DNA of 59,981 nucleotides, filler included. It is 5 parts of 5 records of this genome, joined end to end, with 100 filler letters (N's around TTAATTAATTAA, not from the genome) between each part and the next. Parts side by side here need not be neighbours in the genome. Positions count along the whole stretch, not along the records: positions 9,828 to 26,861 come from SRR22947727_5407; positions 26,962 to 33,425 come from SRR22947727_5412; 3 more parts are not named here. One strand, 5' to 3'. Made by a program: the position numbers and the translations under genes. How positions within the stretch are numbered: position 1 is the stretch's first letter; every line of letters begins with the position of its first letter. Below are positions 19,270 through 27,072 of this stretch, in pieces. The notes beneath the pieces were generated by a model. The model was given only the letters and a program-made list of their open reading frames with translations, made no database searches and was not told the DNA's origin.

Positions 19270-20118
19270 ATGGAAAATAACATAGCAAATATAAACGAAA
19301 TGTCTCAAGAGCAAATTATGGAAGCTATTGGGCAAGATGATGGTTCAAGTAAAGGAGTAAATATTCCTAGGCTTGGCATCAACAGGTCACCAGAAGATGA
19401 TGATGGTAATCAATTACCTGTAGGTAATTTATTTACATTTGATTCTAATGTAGGTCAGAATGTATATGGTAAACCAATTACATTTAGACCATTCATAAGT
19501 GCAATGCAATACATGCATTATGATCCAGATAAAAGTGAGTATGTAAACAGATCTATAATCTTTAAGAATTGGAAAGAGGAAGCTGTAGATATACTTGGTG
19601 GTACGAAATGTGGTAAGGTTCCGTTCAAAGATAGGGAATCTTTAACACCAGAACAGTTAGCAGAACAGAGAACTATAAGATGTTATAGATTACTCTATGG
19701 TCTGTTATCATTTAAAGGAGTAAAAGCTAATGGCGAAGAACACACTGTTTCTAATCTGCCTAGTTTATGGAGGGTTACTGGTACAGCATTTTCACCAGTA
19801 GGTACTGCATTAGAACAAATAACTAAACGTAAAAAACTTATGTTTACAACAACACTATCAGTTGATACTAAAAGACAGAAGAAAGGTGGTAATGTTTATT
19901 ACACACCAGAAATATCTGTTAATGCTGACGCTGGTTTGGAAATGTCTAAAGAAGATATGGAAACGTTAGGTGTCTTTCAAGAAGTTATTACTAAAGAGAA
20001 TACAGAAGTAGTAGATCTTTATAAAGCTGCAAAGAAAAGCAACTACGATCAATCTGATAAAGATATGAAAAAAGTAGTAGATCAAGTTGAAGATCCTATT
20101 GACGTGTTGGCATCTTAA
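19270..20118 (+). CDS. Probable ssDNA-binding / replication accessory protein
   Basis: Position between polymerase and exonuclease, strong SD, acidic C-terminus; function inferred from synteny. Confidence 0.55.
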   Translation: MENNIANINEMSQEQIMEAIGQDDGSSKGVNIPRLGINRSPEDDDGNQLPVGNLFTFDSNVGQNVYGKPITFRPFISAMQYMHYDPDKSEYVNRSIIFKNWKEEAVDILGGTKCGKVPFKDRESLTPEQLAEQRTIRCYRLLYGLLSFKGVKANGEEHTVSNLPSLWRVTGTAFSPVGTALEQITKRKKLMFTTTLSVDTKRQKKGGNVYYTPEISVNADAGLEMSKEDMETLGVFQEVITKENTEVVDLYKAAKKSNYDQSDKDMKKVVDQVEDPIDVLAS

Positions 20119-21002
20119 TGAGTGATATCCTTCATAAAGTTCAATCGTATTTGGATAAAGCAAATAAAGATTCTGTCGAAGTATCCGATAAACTTCTTGA
20201 AGAGTTTGGTGAGGCATGTAAAAGTGCCTTACGCAAACAGTTCTCGGAGAAAAGGAGAGAAGGATTTAAACCAAGAATGTCAAGTATAGGTAGACCACTA
20301 TGCCAATTACAAATGGAAGCAAAGAATGTAAAGGGTGAAGGTCAGCCATACAATGTTAAAATGAGGAATACTTTTGGAGATCTTATTGAAGCATTGGCTA
20401 TATTTGTAATGAAATCAGCAGGGGTAGAAGTAAAAGATGAACAGAAAAAAGTTAAACTTAAATTCACTAACTCAGAAATTGAGGGCAGGCTTGATGTTAA
20501 GATTGATAAGAAAGTGTGGGACATTAAAAGTGCGTCACCATATTCTTTTGATAAAAAGTTTGGAGGTGGATTTGAAGAAGTTGCAAAGGATGATGCGTTT
20601 GGATATGTACCTCAAGGATATCTCTATAGTGAAAGTGAGAAGATGCCTTTTGGTGGATGGATTGTAGTCAATAAATCTACAGGTGAGTGGACAGTATGTG
20701 AAACTCCTATAGATGACAATCAATATAGAGTTAAAGCATTGGCTAGTGCAGAAGAAAACATTGCAGCTATTGAAAACAAAGTACCATTTAAAAGATGCTT
20801 TAATGATATAGAAGAAACTTTTAGAACTAAGAAAACAGGTAATAAAATTTTGGGCATGGCTTGTACATTTTGCTCATACAAACTTCCTTGTTGGGGAAGT
20901 AAGTTGCAACTGTTACCACAACAGCAGTCGCAAGGAAAAAACCCTAAGTGGGTTTGGTATACTGAAGTAACTAATCCTAAGAAAGAGGAAACTTTTGCTT
21001 AA
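20118..21002 (+). CDS. Cas4-like PD-(D/E)XK exonuclease
   Basis: RMSSIGRPLCQL, GDLIE, GRLD...WDIKS, CTFCSYKLPCW. Confidence 0.8.
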   Translation: MSDILHKVQSYLDKANKDSVEVSDKLLEEFGEACKSALRKQFSEKRREGFKPRMSSIGRPLCQLQMEAKNVKGEGQPYNVKMRNTFGDLIEALAIFVMKSAGVEVKDEQKKVKLKFTNSEIEGRLDVKIDKKVWDIKSASPYSFDKKFGGGFEEVAKDDAFGYVPQGYLYSESEKMPFGGWIVVNKSTGEWTVCETPIDDNQYRVKALASAEENIAAIENKVPFKRCFNDIEETFRTKKTGNKILGMACTFCSYKLPCWGSKLQLLPQQQSQGKNPKWVWYTEVTNPKKEETFA

Positions 21003-21019
21003 AGATTGTTATTTCAATT

Positions 21020-21056
21020 GGGTGGGGGATAGTATTGAGGGGTCTATTCTCCACCC
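21020..21056 (+). promoter_or_regulatory. Intergenic 13-bp RNA stem-loop without U-tail
   Basis: GGGTGGGGGATAG / CTATTCTCCACCC with two G-U pairs. Confidence 0.5.
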
Positions 21057-21065
21057 TTATTACAC

Positions 21066-21248
21066 ATGATGTTATATTTTGTTTTATTTAAAAATAAAAA
21101 AGACAAGGAGTTTAGAATGTTTACGAATCTTATATTTGATAAAGAGAATGATGCAGAAGAGTTTGCAAAAAAGAGTATGAAGAGAGGCTTTGAATTTAAA
21201 GTAGTAGAATATAATGAAGAAAACTATGAAAGGTATTGGTATAAATAA
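21066..21248 (+). CDS. Hypothetical phage protein
   Basis: ORF overlapping the next start (TAATG). Confidence 0.65.
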   Translation: MMLYFVLFKNKKDKEFRMFTNLIFDKENDAEEFAKKSMKRGFEFKVVEYNEENYERYWYK

Positions 21249-21583
21249 TGGCAAAGAAAAAAAAGATTGATGTAGCAAATTCAATAAAAGTTTTAGTCAC
21301 ACCTTGGGAAAAAGGTTTTACTTGTGGTATAGTAATGGATAGTAAAGCTGAAATGTCAACAGAAGAATATGAAGTATGTTCTACTATTGCAAGAGGTATG
21401 ATTAAGATGGCAACTTCAGATCCCCAAACTACATTTATGTATGGGCTTCGTGGTTTTGCTGATGACAAAAAAAGTAGCACAAAAAGTCTAGCAATCAACT
21501 CTGTAGCAGAATTTGACAGTGAAGATAATGTTATTGATTTTATTGAATACTTAAAACATAAACGAGATAAGGAGTTAAACTAA
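21248..21583 (+). CDS. Hypothetical phage protein
   Basis: ORF ending in DNVIDF motif, typical of marine podophage small proteins. Confidence 0.75.
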   Translation: MAKKKKIDVANSIKVLVTPWEKGFTCGIVMDSKAEMSTEEYEVCSTIARGMIKMATSDPQTTFMYGLRGFADDKKSSTKSLAINSVAEFDSEDNVIDFIEYLKHKRDKELN

Positions 21584-21584
21584 T

Positions 21585-22328
21585 ATGGCAACACACTTAG
21601 TAATAGGAGACCCTCACTGCACTCCAAAGGCAAGCAATGACAGATTTTTATGGGCAGGTAAATTTGCTTCTGATCTGAAACCAGATACCATAATATGCAT
21701 GGGAGACTTTGCAAGTATGGATTCACTATCAAGCTACGACAAAGGTAAAAAATCTTTTGAAGGTAGAAGATATAAGAAAGATATAGAACATGTTCATAAT
21801 GCACTAGAACAATTTAACAAAGGTCTTAATGGAAGACGACCAAGAAAAATTATGTTACTTGGTAATCACGAAGATAGGATAGATAGAACAGTAGATGAGA
21901 TACCAGAACTTGAAGGAACAATTAGTACAGATGACTTTAAATTTAAAAAGTATGGTTGGGAAGTTCATGAGTATCAAATTCCAGTTGTGGTCGATGGCGT
22001 ATACTACTGTCATAACTTTCCTACTGGTGTTATGGGTAAGCCTATTAGTGGTGACAATATTGGGCGTGCCTTACTTATAAAAAATAAAGTATCTTCTACT
22101 GTAGGTCATATACATACATTTGATTATGCCATGTGTGCATTACCTTCTGGTAAAAAACTTATGGGATTATCTGCAGGATGTTACTTGCATCACAAAGAAA
22201 ACTATGCTAAGAATACACAGCAAATGTGGTGGAGTGGATTGATAGTTAAACGTAATGTAGATAAAGGTGAGTACGATTTAGAAATGATGGAGTATAATAC
22301 TATTAGGAGGAAGTATGGTAAAAGATAA
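21585..22328 (+). CDS. Calcineurin-like metallophosphoesterase
   Basis: IGDPH, MGDFASMD, LGNHEDR, GHIH. Confidence 0.88.
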   Translation: MATHLVIGDPHCTPKASNDRFLWAGKFASDLKPDTIICMGDFASMDSLSSYDKGKKSFEGRRYKKDIEHVHNALEQFNKGLNGRRPRKIMLLGNHEDRIDRTVDEIPELEGTISTDDFKFKKYGWEVHEYQIPVVVDGVYYCHNFPTGVMGKPISGDNIGRALLIKNKVSSTVGHIHTFDYAMCALPSGKKLMGLSAGCYLHHKENYAKNTQQMWWSGLIVKRNVDKGEYDLEMMEYNTIRRKYGKR

Positions 22329-22614
22329 ACGTGTCTATTTAAAGAAGATAGATCACAGTCATGATATGTCATATGAAAATGAAGTGAAGTTTGATAATGT
22401 AAATTCACCTTCACACTATAAACATGGTAAGAAAGAAACTATAGATGTTATACGTGATTGCATGGAGAGTGATGAGTATCATGGGTACTTAAAAGGAAAC
22501 GTTTTAAAATATGTTTCTCGTTATAAGTTCAAGGGAGAGCCATTACAAGATTTAGAAAAAGCACAATGGTATTTAAACAGACTAATAAAGGAGGTCAAAG
22601 ATGGGGGCAGTTAA
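22315..22614 (+). CDS. DUF3310 protein (T7 gp1.7 nucleotide-kinase related)
   Basis: VNSPSHY, ETID, GNVLKYVSRYKFKG, DLEKAQWYL. Confidence 0.88.
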   Translation: MVKDKRVYLKKIDHSHDMSYENEVKFDNVNSPSHYKHGKKETIDVIRDCMESDEYHGYLKGNVLKYVSRYKFKGEPLQDLEKAQWYLNRLIKEVKDGGS

Positions 22615-22786
22615 ACATGCGTTACAAGAAGTAGAAGATTTTGTAGCAAGTTGTCTAGGAGAAGGTAGAACACTAAACCAAACAATAAGAGATGCTAAAG
22701 AAGCATTTGATAAAATGGATAATGTTTATTTACTTGATGCAGATTTTATTGAAGATAAGTATTATCAATTTAGGGGGCAACAATGA
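22601..22786 (+). CDS. Hypothetical phage protein
   Basis: SD AAGGAGG. Confidence 0.7.
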   Translation: MGAVKHALQEVEDFVASCLGEGRTLNQTIRDAKEAFDKMDNVYLLDADFIEDKYYQFRGQQ

Positions 22787-22995
22787 GAGAGATGTTTTTA
22801 GATGCATTGCATGATAAGTATACAGCACAGATATCTGATGCTAAAGCTAAAGCTATTGTGTACTTAGATAATCCCGTTGCAATTGGTGAGCACCCACAGT
22901 TTATAGAAGAATTAGATAAACTTATAAATGTAATATCTACTGCAGAAGAAAATATAAAAACAATACATAAGCAATTTGGAGAACACAATGACTAA
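22783..22995 (+). CDS. Hypothetical phage protein
   Basis: YLDNPVAIGEHP motif; ATGA overlap. Confidence 0.75.
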   Translation: MREMFLDALHDKYTAQISDAKAKAIVYLDNPVAIGEHPQFIEELDKLINVISTAEENIKTIHKQFGEHND

Positions 22996-23200
22996 AGAGA
23001 AAGGAAAACAGAGCACAGGATCTAGAACATATCTTATAGATTCAATACAGTTACAAGACATAATGAGGTACTTAATGACTAGACCTTATGCAGAAGTTGT
23101 ACAACTTATGAATATGTTGGGTAGATTAAATCAATTAGATCCTAGCATTGGTGCAGACTTTGTTAAGAAACAAGCAGAGGAAGCCAATGGAAAAAAGTAA
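22988..23200 (+). CDS. Hypothetical phage protein
   Basis: YLMTRPYAEV motif; ATG 22988 after GGAG. Confidence 0.7.
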   Translation: MTKEKGKQSTGSRTYLIDSIQLQDIMRYLMTRPYAEVVQLMNMLGRLNQLDPSIGADFVKKQAEEANGKK

Positions 23201-23420
23201 TCTACATAAACACACAGGTCTATTGTTCGAGTTAAAGATTGGTCTTAATAAAGATAATGCAATAGTAATTGACTACGGTGGAAAACCTGTAGGTAAAATA
23301 AGAGAAGCACTTAAAGATTATAAGTACCAAGCTAATCTATGTGCTGCAATTATTAATCATGCTAACTCTGCAGGTAAGAAACTAGAGGATGATATTAAAC
23401 AGATGATACAGAAGATTTAA
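23187..23420 (+). CDS. Hypothetical phage protein
   Basis: ATG 23187 after GAGG; last gene of the + strand arm. Confidence 0.7.
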   Translation: MEKSNLHKHTGLLFELKIGLNKDNAIVIDYGGKPVGKIREALKDYKYQANLCAAIINHANSAGKKLEDDIKQMIQKI

Positions 23421-23441
23421 AGTTTTGGTATAAGTGTCGCC

Positions 23442-23513
23442 AAAAAAAAAAGGCTCCCTTAAAGGAGCCCTGTTGTTGCCTATATGGGGGAAGTTAACGC
23501 TTCCCCTTTTTTT
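23442..23513. terminator. Pair of convergent intrinsic terminators separating the two phage arms
   Basis: A10-GGCTCC-loop-GGAGCC (minus-strand terminator) and GGGGAAG-loop-CTTCCCC-T7 (plus-strand terminator). Confidence 0.8.
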
Positions 23514-23679
23514 ATGTCTTAGCTATTGTATTTTTATTAATACCTTTTTTTATTATATAATTCTGTGTGCCATTAGCACCTGTCTCTACTTCTTTTTTTA
23601 AAACTTTAAACAATTCTTTTTCTTTTTTATCTTTAGTTTGTTTTGCTATGTATACATCAATAAGTTTTGTATCTCTCAT
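23512..23679 (-). CDS. 55-aa basic hypothetical protein (not in ORF track)
   Basis: MRDTKLIDVYIAKQTKDKKEKELFKVLKKEVETGANGTQNYIIKKGINKNTIAKT; SD AAGGA. Confidence 0.75.
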   Translation of the reverse strand: MRDTKLIDVYIAKQTKDKKEKELFKVLKKEVETGANGTQNYIIKKGINKNTIAKT

Positions 23680-23691
23680 AGTAATCCTTTT

Positions 23692-25764
23692 TTATTCTGG
23701 CAGTTTTAGTACAAGATTTTTTTGTCGTATTAATCTATTACTATAAGGTCTTTGAATTTTTCTACCTACAAATGGTTTATATTCTTTTTTTAAAGTACCT
23801 TCATATCCACGTTTTTTAAATGCTTTTAATGCAGCTTCAGATGTTAAATCTTCTACAACTACGTAGGGTATTTTATTTTCTTTTGCTATTTCTGTTATTT
23901 TATTTAACAATTTAGTTGTGGCTTTAGAATTTATACTACCCATTTCAGTTATATAAAGTGCCTCTATATTTTTTATTCTAGCACCAGGATTATCTTTATT
24001 AAATTCTATACTAGTATCAACAGATGGTTTTTTAAATTTTTTTATTTTTGCACCTGCTACTGGCAGACCTTCATTATCTAATGTAAATATAGGATATCCA
24101 TAATTTATATTTTTATTAACTCCTTTTTCACCTATAGCATCGTAAGCTACAGATACAATATATTCAATTCCCTGTAACTGAGTATTATATTTTTTACGTA
24201 AGGCATCTGATTCTTCTTTTGTTGAATTCTCTGGAGTTTTTCCTTCAGGGTATTTATCAAGATTATATTTATCAAATAATTTTTCTTGTAATATTATTTC
24301 CATTTTAGATTTTGTAGCACCAGGCATTGGTGCAAACTCACTAGACATTTTTTTATTAAAACCTTCTATACCACCACGCATAACAAGTAAATCATTTAAT
24401 AATTTGTCATCTAAAGTAGTAGATATACTTAAATCATTACCTAACATATTATCAGTTTGTTTAACTGCATCTGTAGGTTCTTCTTCAATAGAACTTGGTG
24501 GATTATTATCCCCTATACCTCTTACTAAATCTTCTGTTTGTTTTGATACATCGTCTTTAACAAATAGTTTTTCTTTAGTTAGTACATCATAAAAATCTTC
24601 AGAGTTTAAATTAATAGAAAATGCTTCTTCTCCAGACAAAAATACTCCATTTTTTAATCTTTCTGTTACAATTCTTTTTGGTACAAATCCAATGTACTCT
24701 TGTGCCCATTCTTCATTATATAAGTAACTTCTTTTTGTAGCAGTATATAATTTATTTTCTACATCATTTTCTTTATGTTTTCCAAAGCCTTCTATACGTA
24801 CAGGTATTTTATCATATCCAGCATTTTTAAATGCTTGTGCTCTATGCCTTCCTTCATGTCCTCTTACATTATAATCTTCACCTGTTCTACCTACAAATAA
24901 AATTGGTATTTCACCTATCTCTTTACCTTGTCTTATTTTGTTTTCTAAGTATTCTATTTTTGTGTTAGACCAATCACTATCTGGATTCATTTCTGTAGTT
25001 AAATTTAAATATTCATCTGGGCTTATATATATTAGCTGTACATTATCTGCATCATTGCCATATTTTCTAGCTAAAGATACAGCACCAAAATGTTTATCAG
25101 CTTCTACTATTTTTTTTGTATTAGCAGGATCATACTTAGGATATTCTTTATTAGCTTTAGCAAATCTTTCTTCACTATATACCTCTTCGTATTCTGCTAA
25201 ACCTTCTTTTAATTCAGCATCTTTATTATAGTATATTTGTGGTCCTTCTGGTTCTGGTATAGGTGTTGATAATGTTGTATCTATTTTTTCTGGGATAGGT
25301 GTAGATAAAGTTGTATCTACTTTTTCTGGAATAGGTGTTGATAATATTGTAGCTGTCTGACTATCTATGGGTGTACTAAAAGGTTCTGGTGGTGGTAGGA
25401 TTTCTTTAGCTTCTCCACCTATAACTAAACCTTGTCCTGTTTCTCGTACACTTTCATTTACATTAGGTACTGCCATTGCAGCATCCATCTGTGTCATTCT
25501 ATCTGTACCTGGCATACTACCTTTAGGTACAAAAGATCCTTCATCTCCACCACTATCTATGTGATTAAGATATTCAGTTAAATATTCTTCAGTTTCTTTG
25601 TAAGCTTTAAGACCTGCAGTTGTACCTAGTACAGCTTCAAAAGCTTTTTGACCATACTGTTTAACAAATTTATTAGCACCAGTTCTTACTAGTGTATCTG
25701 CTAGTTTAGGTACTGCAACTCTACCTATAGTTGTTAGTATTGGCTGTGCTGCTAGTGCTACCAT
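23692..25764 (-). CDS. Modular protein: Pro/Thr repeat stalk + ParB/Srx-like domain + GNAT-like domain
   Basis: IPILFV...VRGHEGRHRAQA...IPV (ParB/Srx pattern); LYITEMGS...KLLNKITEIAKE...AALKAFKKRGY (GNAT-like). Confidence 0.65.
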   Translation of the reverse strand: MVALAAQPILTTIGRVAVPKLADTLVRTGANKFVKQYGQKAFEAVLGTTAGLKAYKETEEYLTEYLNHIDSGGDEGSFVPKGSMPGTDRMTQMDAAMAVPNVNESVRETGQGLVIGGEAKEILPPPEPFSTPIDSQTATILSTPIPEKVDTTLSTPIPEKIDTTLSTPIPEPEGPQIYYNKDAELKEGLAEYEEVYSEERFAKANKEYPKYDPANTKKIVEADKHFGAVSLARKYGNDADNVQLIYISPDEYLNLTTEMNPDSDWSNTKIEYLENKIRQGKEIGEIPILFVGRTGEDYNVRGHEGRHRAQAFKNAGYDKIPVRIEGFGKHKENDVENKLYTATKRSYLYNEEWAQEYIGFVPKRIVTERLKNGVFLSGEEAFSINLNSEDFYDVLTKEKLFVKDDVSKQTEDLVRGIGDNNPPSSIEEEPTDAVKQTDNMLGNDLSISTTLDDKLLNDLLVMRGGIEGFNKKMSSEFAPMPGATKSKMEIILQEKLFDKYNLDKYPEGKTPENSTKEESDALRKKYNTQLQGIEYIVSVAYDAIGEKGVNKNINYGYPIFTLDNEGLPVAGAKIKKFKKPSVDTSIEFNKDNPGARIKNIEALYITEMGSINSKATTKLLNKITEIAKENKIPYVVVEDLTSEAALKAFKKRGYEGTLKKEYKPFVGRKIQRPYSNRLIRQKNLVLKLPE
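25249..25344 (-). repeat. About 2.7 copies of a 36-bp in-frame tandem repeat (LSTPIPEK[V/I]DTT)
   Basis: Visible in both DNA and protein. Confidence 0.85.
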
Positions 25765-26013
25765 TTAACAATTCCATGCTCTCAATGCTTTATTAATTCT
25801 ACTCTGTGGATCATTGGCAGTTTTCTTTGAAGTAAGTTTTTTCTTCATACCACGCATTCTCGCACAGAAGCTAGCTCTACGTTTATTACCAACTTCTTTA
25901 CTAGGGGCTTTTAAATTACCACCAGTTTCTTTGTTGTAACTATCTCTACCTTTTTGGTTTAATCCACCTTTAGGATTCTTACCTTCTTTTCTAGTCCATG
26001 CTGCTTTAGCCAT
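25765..26013 (-). CDS. Small basic phage protein (DUF6321-like)
   Basis: AWTRKEGKNPKGGLN...RRASFCARM...SRINKALRAWNC; family name from recall. Confidence 0.75.
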   Translation of the reverse strand: MAKAAWTRKEGKNPKGGLNQKGRDSYNKETGGNLKAPSKEVGNKRRASFCARMRGMKKKLTSKKTANDPQSRINKALRAWNC

Positions 26014-26261
26014 TATGCAAAACTCCTATATGGTTTTACTTTGTTTGCTATACTTTTAGGTTGTTTAACAAATTGTTTACCTGCTGCTTTGCCTTTTCTT
26101 TTAGCTGCAGTTGTAGCTGCATACTGAGAAGCTGATAAAGATTTGATTGCTTTTGCAGGTAAGTATCTTTCACCTGTTTTACTTGAGGGTTTGCCAGACT
26201 TAGTTGTCCACTTTTGTTTGCCCCAAGCTTTAAGCGATCTTTGACTTTTTGCTAATGCCAT
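26013..26261 (-). CDS. Small basic phage protein (DUF5872-like, C-terminal part)
   Basis: SQRSLKAWGKQKWTTKSG...ERYLP...KQFVKQP; family name from recall. Confidence 0.75.
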   Translation of the reverse strand: MALAKSQRSLKAWGKQKWTTKSGKPSSKTGERYLPAKAIKSLSASQYAATTAAKRKGKAAGKQFVKQPKSIANKVKPYRSFA

Positions 26262-26370
26262 TTTTTTTCTTTCCTTTATTAATCTTTGCTAATATTTTAA
26301 AATCTTGTTTATCTAATTTATTATTTTTATTAAAATCTAATTTTCTTTGTTTACCTACAATTCTAGCCAT
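26230..26370 (-). CDS. 46-aa basic protein with EF-hand-like loop (not in ORF track)
   Basis: MARIVGKQRKLDFNKNNKLDKQDFKILAK...; SD AAGGA. Confidence 0.6.
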   Translation of the reverse strand: MARIVGKQRKLDFNKNNKLDKQDFKILAKINKGKKKNGISKKSKIA

Positions 26371-26388
26371 GTGTATGTTTCCTTTTTA

Positions 26389-26559
26389 TTATGATTTGTA
26401 TCCACCGCCTGCTTTCTTATAAGCTTTAGCTAGTGCTTGTGCTTTTCTTGCAGACCATTTACCTGCAGCTGTACCATGTGTAGCCGCACCTTTTATCCTA
26501 TTAAAGATTTGTTTTCTTTTACCAGGTTGAGTATAGTTTCCTGCTTTATTTACTGTCAT
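26389..26559 (-). CDS. 56-aa basic protein (DUF5872-like, N-terminal part; not in ORF track)
   Basis: MTVNKAGNYTQPGKRKQIFNRIKG...GKWSARKAQALAKAYKKAGGGYKS; SD GAGGA. Confidence 0.75.
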   Translation of the reverse strand: MTVNKAGNYTQPGKRKQIFNRIKGAATHGTAAGKWSARKAQALAKAYKKAGGGYKS

Positions 26560-26860
26560 CGTTTTCCTCCTCTAGGTTTCTAATTTTATAATCGTAGCTT
26601 CCTTCTTCGTGTTCATCTGTAATCCATTTAGCTGAATTTTCTACAGAATATATTTTACTACTTACTAATCTATTAATTAAATTTTTATTTGGGTCAACAC
26701 CCATAGATGCATCAAACATTTTAAGTCTATTGTTTGGTTGTATTGCATAGTTCCCATCATCTAATGCAATCACATGACCACATTTATGTTGATCTGGTTT
26801 CTCTGCATAGCCAAAATTTAATTCATTAAAATCTCCTGCACACCAATCTATTGTAAATAA
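26546..26860 (-). CDS. Conserved hypothetical phage protein, 5'-truncated
   Basis: Frame open to contig end: LFTIDW...HKCGHVIALDDGNYAIQPNNR. Confidence 0.75.
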   Translation of the reverse strand, partial: LFTIDWCAGDFNELNFGYAEKPDQHKCGHVIALDDGNYAIQPNNRLKMFDASMGVDPNKNLINRLVSSKIYSVENSAKWITDEHEEGSYDYKIRNLEEENDDSK

Positions 26861-26861
26861 A

Positions 26862-26961
26862 NNNNNNNNNNNNNNNNNNNNNNNNNNNNNNNNNNNNNNN
26901 NNNNNTTAATTAATTAANNNNNNNNNNNNNNNNNNNNNNNNNNNNNNNNNNNNNNNNNNNN
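26862..26961. other. Artificial contig linker
   Basis: N-runs with TTAATTAATTAA. Confidence 0.99.
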
Positions 26962-27072
26962 TTACATTTTAATCAATGGTTAATGTGTATTGTTCAGTGT
27001 ATTTTAGTGTGGGAATTTAGTCAAGTATGTAAAGTTTTTAAAGTCTTAATTAGCAAAACTTTGGAAAAATTA

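Larger units (their letters stand above)
9828..26861. mobile_element. Podophage genome fragment, HMO-2011/pelagiphage-like
   Basis: Separate primase and SF4 helicase, PolA with DnaJ-type CxxCxGxG insert, Cas4-like exonuclease, DUF3310, dense small ORFs; no integrase, capsid or terminase in the fragment. Confidence 0.9.

Noticed and set aside
20118-21002. Cas4-like gene as evidence of CRISPR-Cas
   Set aside because: No array or other cas genes; solo Cas4-like exonucleases are standard in such phage replication modules
25249-25344. 36-bp repeats as a CRISPR array
   Set aside because: No spacers; in-frame coding tandem repeat with synonymous variation
9828-26861. Prophage integrated in the contig-1 host
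   Set aside because: Bounded by linkers; no att site or integrase seen; host cannot be assigned from adjacency
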